NCBI RefSeq assembly: GCF_902459465.1
Contig: NC_047079.1
Coordinates: forward strand, 8,060,001-8,124,000
Source: Asterias rubens
Taxonomy: Eukaryota
Reading direction: 5' to 3'
DNA length: 64,000 nt
Position numbers and translations under genes: made by a program. The notes beneath the pieces were generated by a model. It was not told the DNA's origin. It worked only from the letters and a program-made list of their open reading frames with translations, and did not search any database. Below are positions 34,297 to 48,393 of this stretch, one piece after another; position 1 is the first letter of the stretch; each line of letters opens with the position of its first letter.

Positions 34297-37200
34297 CTGT
34301 TGGCCGATGTTTAAAACTGTCGCATTACATCACATCTTCCAACAATGACTCATCCAGGCTTATTCATGTATCTTTGGGAGTTTTTTTTAATGCTTTTCCT
34401 ATGCCAACGTAAGCTGGCAAATAGCTTGTTTAATGTGATTAGAAGCATTTTAGCACATGGAATATAGGGTCAAAGTTTAACACTCTCACGCTTGTCTGAG
34501 GTCCGATGTCAAACACAGATTACGTGGGAAGAAAAAGCTTGTACAAATTTATTTTAAACATGTTGACAACGATCGGACGTTGAACTTTGCTGCATAAATA
34601 GAACCAATTGTCGTTCATGTTATTTGTTGCCATAAGTGAATACCTTGAACGGAGGTGTTTATAACTAGTGAGCGAACACATGTACATTTACATGTTGTAT
34701 ATATACCTGTCAGGTATATACAACTTCCTCGGGAAGTAAAGTTTTGTTCGCTCAGGTAGAAAACAACACGTGGATCAATTTGTCATTAGTTAATTCACTG
34801 GGTCTGTTAAGGTGGACATTAATTGACTGATCAACGACATGGCAGCCTCGGTATTGTACGATGGCCTTGAGAGAACATTCACACCAGTACAAAAAAGACA
34901 ATTACGGCATTACGCTCTGGGACAAACAGATTAAAGACAATCATACCTGTTTTCGACGTGTGTGAGATAGTTGAGTTTGTTTAGCTCACACGGTTTCGCC
35001 CATGCATTCCAATTGCTGTATACTTTTCAGATTGTGGAAAGGAAAATTGTATCATTGGTGGAAAAAAAGGTTCACGTACTATAATTGAAATCAAAGCGTA
35101 ATAAAAACAAACATGTTTGGGCACTGTCAGTGGCAAGTTTGACAAAGTGCGCCTTTACAATGACGTCACTACACAGGGTGCTGATGTCTGCATTTATTTA
35201 TCATAATATATGAACTAGACATTTCTCTTGCTGTCATTTCTGACCATGAAGTATAAGGCATTTGTGATTACAGGAGTTGTACATGTTTCAGTGCCTTGTA
35301 TTGTGTCTGACTGATGTGTTTTTTCAACACTGCGAGCTATTGATACACTAGTGTTCACAATGTAAACAACCAAGTTGCGATTCTCTATTGGTTATCCAGT
35401 AGTCATGTTAAAGAGGTACAATGTCCATTATTGAATGAATGGCTGTTTTTGTATGTCTGTCCTACTTTTTGTATAGATTGTATCAATGATTGTTTGTTTG
35501 TTTTAGTTTGCACTGGCTCATGATTGTAGGTCCTATTGCGTATACGTAAATGCTGGGGGGGGGGTGTCCATCCACCACTGTATGTTTGATTTGATATAAA
35601 GGATATAAGTGTCTTTTTGCAAAACAAACAAACGATTGTAATACGTCTGGCCCCTACAGACCTATTAGCAAATCATTAATGTGAGGCTCACAGTGTAAAC
35701 GTAAACATTCATGTATTATTTGGGATCACAGTTTTTGGTTTGGGTGGGTGTTGCAACTACAAAGGTACAGTTTTGTAAATCAACCATTAGGCTGCAATGA
35801 GATTGTTTCTTCTTCTAATTAAACCTTTTAGACCACAAATACAACTCTATGAACTCATACAATTGATGCTCGTGAAGTCCATGCTTTGTAACCTTCCAAT
35901 CAACATGCGGTGGGTTGTTATATTAACAGATGGCTTATAATTAATGAGGAAATTGTAGTTGGTCTTTAAGAATGGTGTGCCATAAGGAAATGACGCTAGG
36001 CCATGTTTAAACGCGTTGTTCTGATTTTCAATATTACATAAGTCATGGTTTCGCACAGCCTTTTTGAAACATAGTAAAGGGTAATTTTTGCAGTATTGTC
36101 CTGTAAGAGGACTGTGTTATTTCAGAAACGCAACGAGCCTATACTGTATATCTTTTATCTTAACTCTTGTATAACTTCTGAAAAGAATCTCTAAACACGT
36201 GAGGCAAGCAAGAGGAAGCTCTTAATTGGTTGACATCTGACAGATGACGGGGTCCAGGTTGCTCCCATCCACCCCTCATCAGTTAATTAGTGAATAATTA
36301 GTTTGATCCTCAATAGAGCGAGCAAGCCTTGCTAGCTCTGTGGAGGATGCCACTAGAGCTTAGCGTTGCTCTATGCAGGCCTATCCTCCATACATTCTGT
36401 ATTCCCGTTTGACCTTCCTCCTTATATAAGGCAGTAATTTCAACCCTAGATATGTTATTTATATAATTGCCCCCGTATAATTAATTTCACCCTCTCTCTT
36501 TAGTGGTGTTGTACTGTTTTCATCGATGTGCCTATTGCATCATGGGATCTTTACATCGTTATAAATAAGTCACATTAACATTTCTTGTCATTGATCAGTG
36601 TGCTGTTTCCACCTGTTAATCCCCACCATCTTTACCTGTGTCTTAGTTATTTCTCGCATAATCAGCATTTGCCAGCCTGACCTCAAGTTGATATGTTTTG
36701 TTGATCGAGTATACCATAAAGCAAAGAAGGGGAATGAGTTTAGCTATGGCTTCCATCGTCTACGGTTTGATCGGTTTTTGTACTTAATTTGATAACGGTG
36801 GAGTCATTAATTACAATTTTTCACTGAAACATGATACATGTAATGCTGTTTGAATTGCAGCCAAGTGTTGATGCAACCTTGACAATCTCATCCGATAGCT
36901 TTTTCTCTCATACAACATTAAAAACAAACCTAAAAATTAATGTTTAAATTTAAAGGATTCTTCACCTCGGTCTTTGAACCTTGTCTCCAAGTCTGTTAAC
37001 TATAATATATAAAAGTGTGCATAGATGCGTTAAAATCAGAGGCTGATTGGGATGGAGCTTTTAAGCTAATCTATTTTTGAATCACATCCCGTCTTTCTAA
37101 TCACGGGATCAGCACAGAACCTCATTGAGGAAGTCTTTCATCAATGGAAGGAGGAAATAAACTATTAGATGGAAGGTTGACGCATCACACGATTTCATAA

Positions 37201-40200
37201 GATTATAACAGGTTGGAGTAGTGTGGTTCCTTTCTTACAATACAAAATGTCAAGTGTGGTTTCATAAGAGTATCGCCTTCTTGTGATACCTAAAAGCAAA
37301 CATTAATGTTCCATGGGGATAAACATCGGAGGATAGTTTTCAGTCTTACAGTTATTCACCATCCGGCCTCAGAGTGTGACGTCAACTGCTCTAAAGTCAT
37401 GTATTCAAAAAATGTCCCTCTGTGTTCAATGTACAATTTTTGAACCCTTTGTATAAAGGCATATTTTAAGGATGCAAAATCATAAAACGACTTAACTAAT
37501 GATGCGATTCTGAAAATCAATTAAATCCATTATGTGGGATCATAATCAAATTTCCTACCGAATTGACACCAACTGCATGTTGGAACACAATCCTTCAATT
37601 TGTACAGTGAACGTCCTTGGTCAATGCTTATTCTTATACTGTGTCGCAGTGGTTTACAGTCGTGTATTTATTCACACACGTGCCAGTATAACAACGTCTA
37701 GTACCGGACTCTATATGCAGCAGCTGTGTTGACAGCAACTCTATCAGTAAAACATACTCAGTCGCGGTCTGAACCTGTCAAAACTATATGAACCGATATT
37801 CTGTCTGAGTTTCTCGTATGTGTCACGATCCTATTTGACTTGAAGAAAGGTACGTTAACTTGCTATGGATCTTGATTTTCACTGATATTTGTTTTGCCAC
37901 TATTGTATTCGATCCTTTGTATTTTAAGATAGCTATCGCGTCGTGGTTGATGAAGTTTGCACTTTTAATTGATGTCAGTATAAACAATATTCGTATATCT
38001 CCGCAGATATTAATAGCGTTATTCTCAAATCAATATTTTGGTGCCATGTTTTCATTTGAAATCGACGGACACTTGTGTTCGTGTTCTAGATCGGGATGTA
38101 ATCAACTAGAAAGTGCTTCAGGTGCAGAAGTGTTGCTTTTAACATGGAGCTTTAAATCAGGACTAACGTTATTATCATCTCTCTTGCGAGTTAAAATTAG
38201 TGTGAATACCCGCTTCAAACCTGTAGGCCTATTACTGAGAGCTAACCCTGGGAATTGCCTCGCAGATTAGTAATAACTTCTGTACACAATTTTCAAAAGC
38301 AGTTTATGTTGTCGTAAAAATTATCAATAGTTTTCGATTATTTGTTTTTTCAAAGGAGAATTTTTTTGTTTTTTTGTTGTTTTACATTACTGCAAAGTTT
38401 TAATGTCAACAAATATACAAATATTGAAATGCTTATTAATGAATATTATGCTTATCAGAATAGATTTTTTGATTGTTATCTTCTACGTCCAGTTATTTTG
38501 CAAAAATAGTCTTGCCAAAAGTCAATGGATAGTTGTGTGTAATATTGAATCCTGAACGCAGGGCCGCATATCAAACCCTCGGGCAATGTTGCGATACACT
38601 GTGGTGTGTTGTGATACATGGACATGCAGTAAAACCTTTATACATCGAATGGCCTTTTTGGAATTCAGTGTATGGTGCACTCTATCCCATCATCTACGAT
38701 GGTTTATCGTAAGAGCATTTCCTTCATCTTCCATGATCACGTGATCCTTGCAATTTCTTTCTACGTCATCCAGTGCATCATGAAAGTCTCTAAACCTATC
38801 TTGGCTGAGTTTGCATTTGAAAGAAGGCAATGTTAGACGTCAGAATGATACTTCTTTCGAACCACGAACAATTGTTTAGATACACGCGCTTTATGTTAGA
38901 CATTTCGTTAGCAACACGAGCAAACAATAGTCTGTGAAAAAAAAACAGCCAACATTTTTCATAAAAACAGTTGTCTTGGTGAAGACAAGATAAGTGTTAT
39001 CGTAAAATCACCTTTTAAAAACATGTCGTATTTTCAACCGCCTACAATTAAATTATCATTTGTATTAATAAATCAATCAATTAACTTGCCATTGCTAAAC
39101 ACAGACGGTAGCCAACGCTATGGAGCTGCTTATGGGGGTTCAAGTACACAACGTCTAAACACGCATCAGCTGTATGCAAATTACTTTCGCGTGCTTTAAA
39201 GGCGCACTGCAAATGGCGGGGCATTGTCATAATTACGAAACAGTCAAACAAACTTAGTTTTTCTTGTAATTATTAAAAGGGGTTCTCATTTTTATCACTG
39301 GATTAAATAATTAGTGACATTACTAAACGTTTAAACGTATTCCAACATAAACATATAAACTATTGCAAAGGGGTAATAGTTCGTGTTTTAACTGAACCCT
39401 AGCGCACTAAATAATGGTAGTAACATCATGTTACTGCTAGACGAAGAGATATGATGATGAGCTGAAATGTTGAAAGCCTCCCATTCACATACAACCATTA
39501 TTTCATATTAAATTTGAACCACATGCAGTCTTATATTCTGCTAGTGAATGGATCAAAGGACAATCTCCCTTGGCAATATTGTTCATGCGACATTATTGTT
39601 GGCTCGCCGCTTATTAGATTGGCATTTTTCTTCAAAATATATCGCCGAACCTGGTCGGTGGGTATTTGCTTGAATGTTTTTTAAATGTTGTGTCATGAAG
39701 ACGAAAATACAGTTCTTTTCTAGTTGCAACATTTGTGTAGAATTAGGTCTATTGTATTTCCATGTTGATGCAAACACTCAGAATATGCCGAAGTCCAGGA
39801 AAATACTCAAGCAAATATCGTATTAATTTTTCTGTGCTTACTTGGTTCAAGCGACATTAACAGATGTTTGTGTGTCAAGTTAACATAAATGCCTCCTAAA
39901 TAAAGAATTCCCCAATCAAACTCTAGGACTAGGAGTGTCTTTACCACAAACAAATGAATATTAATATATAGGCACAATGTTTATGGTTGGCTCTACGGCA
40001 TGGCAGCTCTCTGCCACAACCTCCCATCGTGCCAGTTATTCGGGGTATTGGCCACCATTAATTTAGCAGGTCAGATCTTGAGTCGCTACTCACTCCCCCA
40101 ACAAGCACGCCCCAGGATTCTTTGTAAATTAATCCTAATGAAATTTGTAAATAATGTTGTGTGTTGGTGTACTTGGTGTCCCTAGCAATAAGGCGGCATG

Positions 40201-40319
40201 TGGAGCTGGGTAGTGAGGCCAGCAGGCGTGAACTCGTCTACAGGCGATGTAGAACCATACATGCTGACACCAAGCCAAGTGTACAACATTTAATACATTT
40301 AGAGATGCAAATGACAATG

Positions 40320-40455
40320 TGGTGACTTTGTATTAGGTAACTTTGTCGGGGGCGACTTTGTACGGGGTGACTTTGTAAGGGGTGACTTTGTAAGGGGTGA
40401 CTTTGTAAGGGGGTGACTTTGTATAAGGGGTGACTTTGTATAAGGGGGTGACATT
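40320..40455. repeat. Degenerate 15-18-bp tandem repeat (GGGGTGACTTTGTA), about 8 copies
   Basis: Repeated GGTGACTTTGTA core; may be a DNA-transposon subterminal remnant. Confidence 0.8.
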
Positions 40456-41563
40456 TGTAACAATTTATCAGTGAATGATTTGATAGAAGTCTCAATAAAG
40501 TTTTTCCCTCCTAGAATGGGTTAAGCTCGAGGTAAAATGTACGTTTTCTTTCTTAGTGAATAATTCAGTTGAAAGCTGCGTTCAGGGTCCGTCTAATGCG
40601 TGCATCAGATATTTCCTATCATTATTGTTAGCGTGTTTTTGTTGAGGTTGAACAAAGATTTTACCTTTTCTATACTACAAGTGCAGCAATTACTTTTCTA
40701 ACCAGTATTTGTTTCATAATCCTGGTTTTGCCTACAATCAGTGAGCTTACCATGTAGCATAATATTATTTATATTAACAAAATTAGAACCCCCATCTTTA
40801 AATGGCACAAGAGATAAGAGTGATTGAAGTTATCATTTGCTAGCCAAAATAACGCATTGTTTGGAGGCATGCTGGTTTGTGCAGGTCACATCACCGTTTA
40901 TAGATCAATAAAAATACATTATTTTGTCCTCGAGAACAAAGAAGGGCGGCTCGTTATCATAATACATACCAGCTCCAGTGCATGATGCCATGAGCGCCAT
41001 GTTTGTTTGTATTCAAGCAACGTTAAGATCAGTGTTTTTATGGTATTTTGTTTTTCAATTGTCTTGTTTAATTTTTTTCTTTACTCAGGGAGGTAGTTTC
41101 ATTCAGGGTTCTAAAAGAGATGACCAGTTGAATATCGGGAGTATTAAACGTCCTTGTCAAACACTAATTATTTATATTATACATATTCACGCCATATGTT
41201 GAGGCATTCCAACTGACTAAAATGTGTTTCTATTATTAAGATTTAGCAACTCCCGTTGATTCACCAACTGTGATTAGGACATGTGGGACGTTCATTTTCA
41301 GAAACATATGGGTTTGTAATCAGCTGTAAATCATAGCAGACGTGTTGGCAAAACTTTCGATGTTTTTAACCACTTTTTAGTGAGGACTACATAATAACCG
41401 TTATTGAAAGGTCAAGGTTATCAGCGTGAAGTATGAGTTGATCAATAGCTTCTGTACTACACAGACGTCGGGATCGGTTTGCTTCAAGTCCTGGGTACTG
41501 GCCGGATAGAGACTTGACATGTCATGAGCCGAGACGGCTTAAATGCAGACGGGAAACTTGGTC

Positions 41564-41571
41564 TATAAATA
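41564..41571 (+). promoter_or_regulatory. Candidate TATA box of the TRIM36-like gene
   Basis: TATAAATA, then a possible donor GCGG|GTATTT (41641) and an acceptor TTTACAG| (41949) six nt before the ATG. Confidence 0.4.
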
Positions 41572-41954
41572 CATCGAAGCTTCCTGGTTACAACCATCAG
41601 AGTCGGGGCTTCTTTCTACATAGCCAGTCTCGAGATGCGGGTATTTGTGGATACAATAGAAGTCTATGGGTCTGAAATTAGGGTGTAAACTATTTGACTC
41701 CATCCAGACAAACGTGAACACGTAATTGTTCTTAACGCCGGCAGCTATAGGAAGAAACAGTGCAATGTCATGTCTGGGTTTTTACAGTCATTTTATTTAG
41801 TTCATGCTATAACCGGAGTAGGCCCTATCTGAGTTGTCGTTTTGGAGTGACAATTTTGAATAATATAATTTTTTTATTATGCACATTATTTGAGACCGAA
41901 TCCCCAGCTCATTATGATTTTACTTGTCAACACAGGTATCAATTTACAGTAACC

Positions 41955-44900
41955 ATGGAGACATCTAGCCTAGAACGTGAACTCATCTGTCCAATTTGCC
42001 AGGACTACTTCACAACGCCATTGTCGTTGCCATGTCAACATAATGTCTGCCACAGATGCGCTAAAGAGCAGGTGCTCTCCCTAGCAACCACCGTTGGCAG
42101 ACAAGAGCATAGTTCATCTGAGAGCCTTGCAACCAGTCCAACGAACTCTGTGGCGTCCCTTCCGGTAACACCATCTCGACCCCTGTCTCGGAGCAATTCA
42201 CGTTCCTCCTTCCGGAGGAGGTCGACGATCAGTGGAGCGCCCTCTGGGGCTGGCACACCTGGTCGAACGCCCTCGAGGCAGACGGAATCGCCTGTGAATA
42301 GCCCACGAGGTACTACGTCATCGAAGGGAAAGTCATGTGTCCATGCTTCCAAATTCTTTTGCCCAACATGCCGAGAAAACGTGGAGCTGGGTGAGAAGGG
42401 TTTGAATGGACTTTACCGAAACTTTGCTTTGGAGGTCATCGTTGACAGGTAAGACACTTTCTGTTTACAAAAACATGTTTTCAAAATTTGTGTTCTTTTA
42501 AAGTACAACGCAAAGATGCCATAAATAGTGATATTAAACGACCTTATTTTCCACTTGCACGATCACGTGAACTTTTTGTGGTAAAAGTTTATATGACATA
42601 AAAGAAACTGCAGTGTGTAAATGAAAATAACAACATAATTACTTTTAAAAAGCTAATCTAAAACAGAATTAAAAACATCTTTTTAAACGATTACAAGTTG
42701 TTGTACTTTGTACTTTTACGAGATTTGAAATGTCATTGCTCAAGATGTTGATGAAAAGAGTAACACCATATGGATCTGAAGACGGTATTATGCTAGAGTC
42801 ATGCCTCTGTGGAATCTATCTTCATCTGGATACGATCATATACGAAGAACAAGTTGTTTGTCGAAGGTTATATCGTAGGTCATCAGGGGTTAACAATTTG
42901 TACGTAATATCGTAAACAGGTATTACTCTTCATGAGGTATATCTATTGGCAAAATGTTTGAAGTTTGATCAATCAACAAATCAAAGATCAAACTTCAGGG
43001 TCAACACCAATAAAAAACTAAAAAATATACTAAAATAACCTCAAACGAGATTATCACTGGCCTGTCAAACTTGTTTTGAATGAAAAGGCACTGGGGATCT
43101 GCAAGCATTTCCCCCATGAGCTGTTTCGTCTTTGCGTACCTGGATCATACAGTATACTGGAATTACAGTAAATTGTTGGCATGAATTTATCTAAGGTCAA
43201 CTTTGACAGTGTTTGAGGCACAAACAGTCTTCTTGCTTCATCCCTAAAGATGTACCAAGGACGATCGACGTCCAAGCTGTCGGTCTGTACCTAGAGAAGG
43301 AATGATCTAGAATAATGTTTGGATGCCATGGACTGGATTTAATCTCTTCGTCAAAATTATAAATGCGCAAACATACAATTTTCGCTTCAGTTTATAATGA
43401 AGTTTTATTCGTTGCAATAACTTATTGAAGTAAATTGTGTCTTCATTTTCAGCTAGACGAAGCAACGGTTTATGGCACAAATTGGTACTGTAGAGCCATT
43501 TTGTCAACCACGTTTCTATCTGTCAAACTACACATTTTTTTATTGGAACGGCAATAGGCTAACAGGTGAAAGTAGGATGCACAATTGTTTACGGAATAGG
43601 CGGAAATTTGATCTTCAATGTCAACTTCACGTTGTTTTCGTTCCCGTCGTAGGTTCAAGCTAGCCGCCAAGAAGGCAGCAAGTATCCCGTGTGGACTATG
43701 TAAGGTTAAACCTCCTCTAGATGCAACCAAAAGCTGTCTGGATTGCAAAGTTAGCTACTGCAACGAATGTTATAAGAACTTCCATGTGTGGGGAACTTCA
43801 AGGGCCCAACATGAACATATTGGACCGACACATAACTTCAGACCAAAGGTAAGCAAGGAACTTTTGAATCTGGAGAGTGCCTGTAACCAGTCAATCAGTC
43901 ATTATTACTTTTATTATATTTATAACTTAACATTGCCTGTCGATGGCAAGCCACTTGGAAAAACAACAAGTGGTTGGCTTAAAGCAGTGTTGGCTGCCTT
44001 TACTATTTATTTATAACTTTATTTTAACTTCTGCGCACAATTTGTACACAATGAAGTTCGTATTTTTGCTCATTGCTATTGCTGTATAGACGATTACCTG
44101 CACTGAGCATCCAACCGAGAGGGTGACGATGTATTGTGATGGCTGTCAGAAACCAGTCTGCCACCGGTGTAAATTCAGCGGCACTCACGCCAAACACAAA
44201 ATGTCCATCATTGAGAGAAAATACACCCTTGTTAAGGTAAGACACACAACTACCTTTTGTTTGCAACTCTTCTTTCTGAATGATATAAGAAATCAAATTA
44301 ATAACTCATTTGTTTTTTCTTTTCATCACAATTTAAGGAGAAACTAGAGAGTTATCTCGCCGCAATCAGAGGGAAGCGGGAGGCAATAAGGAACAGCGTA
44401 GACGCCCTCAACGGCCTGAGTGGCAAAATAGAGGTAAAGAGATTACATGTATTACTGTTTACATATTCTGCTTTTTATGGCTGCTGGATTAGACACCTTT
44501 TCCCTGTTAACAATATTCAAGAGTTTCTACTTGCACAGAAACTGATTCTATAACGATGTATTTGATAGCTGAAACGTTCCTCTTGGTTTAAGAAGTTGGG
44601 TCCACTTGAACTCTCCGAAAGTGTTTTAGTCAAAATATCATGCACAAGTCAGGAAGTTTACATTTATTTTAATTTTAACAGATTTCAACCCATATGAGTC
44701 ACATGAAATTCTCAAATGTGTATTGTTGTTATAATGGAAGAAGAAAAGAGGTGTGAGTTGTGTGTATCAAACGTAGTTATCTTCTGATCAATATTATGAG
44801 AATTTACACTCAACAGATCGCGACCGAATGTCGACCAAGAAACCTGTCGATTAAACGAAGTTCAGTATATCAAATACCCCGATTATATAGTCGTCCTGGT

Positions 44901-47900
44901 GGGTTGTTGTAACACTAATAATATGGTTTTCTCTTCTTGATCGCATTTTGAATGCTTCAGAACAACCAATTTACCGTTTTTTTTACCTTGAACATTCTAT
45001 CTGGTTTAGTAATAATGTTGAAGGTGTTGCTTCCTATTGCAACGCGTCTATCCCTTGGGTCTAATACCTTGTCGTTCCAGGGGCTAAACTTATTGTCCGC
45101 AGATAAATGCTGCAATTAGAAGTAAGACATAAACGTGACATCATCCATGGGCGTTTCCCAAATGTTGTCTCCATTTAATTGTAGACATCCTTCTGTTTAG
45201 ACTGATGGCTTAGTGCATGATATGCGGATGGCAAAGTCCTTCCCTTCGAAAAACACTAATACAGTATTTCTCGTTCAAGTTTAACTCGTCATGTTTAAAA
45301 TTATTTACATGTGAATGTCGATTTTTTTTCATTACGGGAGATTTTCTAGAATGAAAACAATGATGTTCTTTCATGAGTGAATGATTTTCTAGAATGAAAA
45401 CAATGATGTTCTTTCATGAGTGAATATGATTTTCTAGAATGAAAACAATGATGTTCTTTCATGAGTGAATGATTTTCTAGAATGAAAACAATGATGTTCT
45501 TTCATGAGTGAATGTTTATCTTTCAGGAAAATGGCGGCATTGCACGGGACCAGCTCGCCACTTCACTGGCCACTCTACAGGCCACCTTGGCAGACCGTAG
45601 GTCAAACCTCTCACAGGCCACTGAAGCAGAAATAGGTCGTAGAGTAGAGGCAGTCCAAACACAGCTCAAGAGCTATCAAGACATCTTGAAGGGATGTAGC
45701 GTGGTGGATCTAGCACAGGAAATGTTGAAAGAGACAGATAAGGCTTGCTTTGTGCAGGCTGCTAGGCCAATACTTGGACGGTGAGTGTACTAGGTCATCA
45801 TATGAGTTTCTGATTGGCCGCCATGTACATGTAGTTGATGTCAAACCCACGTGTATGCGCAGCACACGACTCTCAGCCAATGATATCGTTTCACGGGTGC
45901 ACGTTTCATCAGTAATGGCGGCCAATGTAAGAGGTCTATTGTACACAAGTTGTTCTTATCAGGGCTGACTTTCTTGCGTAGAAATGCAAGTTCATTTCAG
46001 ATACACAACATCAGTCAATACATTTTGATAACATTGTTCAGAAAACATATGATAACTTGTACTAAGGAAAACTTAATCCTGCCAGTTAATGAACAATAAA
46101 TAGAAAATAGTTTGACATTAACATGTAGGAAAAAGAAGAAGCAAAAGCTTTTTTTGTTCTCTACCCTAAAGACAAAGACAATTTACACAAAAACGAACAC
46201 TAACAAACAAAAGGGACATGGACATTATGCATGAGTGAGACTGGGCAACAGATAAATAATTACTAAAAGATTTGGTGTATTAAAATAAAAGATGAATTGA
46301 AGTTTATATAATTAATAGTTGTTCTGATGTTACATTTATCTTTTGACCTTGACAGACTGATCGAAACTGTAAAGGTCATAAAAGAGGCGGAACTTAGTCC
46401 TGTCCACGCCTACCATGATTTCAACAACTTCACTATCGACAATGAGGGTGCATTTTACGCCCTTACGAATCTCAGCTTTCATAAAGGTAAGCTGCGTGAA
46501 CTACTTTGGATACAAGTTATACTTTAATAGAATTGAAACAGGTGGCCCAAAAGCCGAAATCAATTCAAGCACACAATGTGTAAACGTATTTCATTTAATT
46601 TTTTTTAATTAATTGCCAAAATTACATCATTAGTTAAAAATACTTAAAGAGGATCATGGTTTCGTGAAACTACTTACTCTGCATTATGGTGATGCATATA
46701 AAGCGTTTTAAAAGAGTTTTTGATGAGTACTTAAGTTTGATTGATTGTAGGCAACTGCTGTCAGAAGCCTATTCTTTATATTTTATGATCGGCAAATGTT
46801 ATCTTACATAATCAAGCCAAAATAAATCAAACATTTTTAACCAATGAACAGCACCTGATGCTCCAAGCCTATCCACTAAGAGATGTCAATCATACAACCA
46901 TGTGACCATCGAGTGGGACCCGCCCACTGGGAACTCCAAAGCCGATACATATCGATTAGAGTACCGTAAATTGATTCGAAACGACGGCGGGACCAAGCCG
47001 CCCACTCCGACCACTCTGTCCAGGGAAAACACGTTCAGTAGCCGGAGCGACTCGGGCTCGGACGATTTGTGGACGTCAGTTGAGGACATAAAACAATGCA
47101 GGTACGTCGTTTGAACACTCGTGGTGTTGTCTAGTGAATCGGGTCAAGACACAACATGAGTAATCTCAGTGACCTTTGAACTAAGACACAGTCATGTTTA
47201 GTTAAATATTCAATTACGAATGCGTTCGACAAACTGCAGACCACTTAATTACAACATGGATCGAGAAAGGAAGAGTCCTCACCATCGTCACAATCTGCAC
47301 CTGCAGACGTCATGTACATACATAAATTATGCATCTGCGAGTGGATTTTACAAATAAAATATTTCCAATCAAATTAGTTGACCATGTAAACATTGAATCT
47401 GTATTTGATGATGAGAATTAATTTATTTTGTTTACAGATTTGTCCTTACTGACCTCGAGCCAGAGAGTAGATATAAGGTCAGAGTTCGTGGCGAGAATCT
47501 GGCTGGAAAGGGAGAGTACAGCAAGAGCGTAGTAATCAGAACAGTTCCTGCCCCAGGTAAGAATGTGCTGGTTTAAGTCGTAGCAAATAATATGCTAATT
47601 AATGTTATCAATCTATTTCGATGAGCAGACCTGAGTGAGAGACCTGGGAAATCATTTTGGTTTTCAGAAGTATGTTAACATCATGAGCCATTTTGATTAT
47701 TTCGACTAATTACCTTTATATTGCTATTCTCTTACAGTTTTATCTTTTAAATGGACATCATGTCAACCCAACGGAACTCATGGACCCTCCATCAGTAAAG
47801 ATGGTTCCAGAGTCACTGTTCGTCCCAACCATCTCTTCTCGCCCTTCAGCAGTCCAATCCCCTCCTCTCCCATCACACTTTCTCCTGCCTTCTGTCTCGG

Positions 47901-48393
47901 CGACCGGAAGCTCACAAATGGACGTCACTACTGGGAGGTCATTGTCGACCAATCACCATGCGCTGTTCAAATCGGCGTCATTAGTGAGAGACGATCACGC
48001 AGACTCGGTGACTCCATCAGTAGTCACACAGATGGTGACAGCGGCCATGATAGTTGCGAGGAGCTAGAAACCGACCGGGGTTCGCGAACCGATCCCACGG
48101 TGTTGATTAACTATTACGGAGGGAAGGTTTTCCTCCCAGGTGAATCAACAAAGAGCAGTAAAAAGGCAGGGATCAACGGTAATAAGCACAGTGTTCACAC
48201 GCTGACGTCAAGCGCAGTCGGAGTTTGTGTCGAAGCTGACAAGGGACGCGTGTCTTTTTTCGACGGGGAAAATAAGGAGAGTTTCCACTGCGTAAATGTA
48301 AAATTAGAGGGCGCTGTTTATCCAGGCATAGTCGTTGTCGGTCCTGGTATCGTTAAATTACGGCAGTTAGAGGAAAATGAATTTATGGTGTGA
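41955..48393 (+). CDS. TRIM36: C-I subfamily TRIM E3 ligase (RING, 2 B-boxes, coiled coil, COS, FN3, SPRY), TRIM36/TRIM46 orthologue
   Basis: Exons 41955-42448, 43653-43848, 44090-44236, 44338-44433, 45527-45780, 46356-46486, 46852-47101, 47438-47556, 47738-48393. Motifs LERELICPIC, ELGEKGLNGLYRNFALE, AQHEHIGPTHNFRPK, LKETDKACFVQ.A, DSGHDS match recalled TRIM36. Confidence 0.9.
45340..45514. repeat. 43-bp tandem repeat x4 abutting a TRIM36 splice acceptor
   Basis: GATTTTCTAGAATGAAAACAATGATGTTCTTTCATGAGTGAAT; ends about 12 nt before the AG at 45525-45526. Confidence 0.95.

Noticed and set aside
37860-38270. 136-aa hydrophobic ORF
   Set aside because: TTG start, composition typical of AT-rich non-coding DNA, no motifs or splice support.
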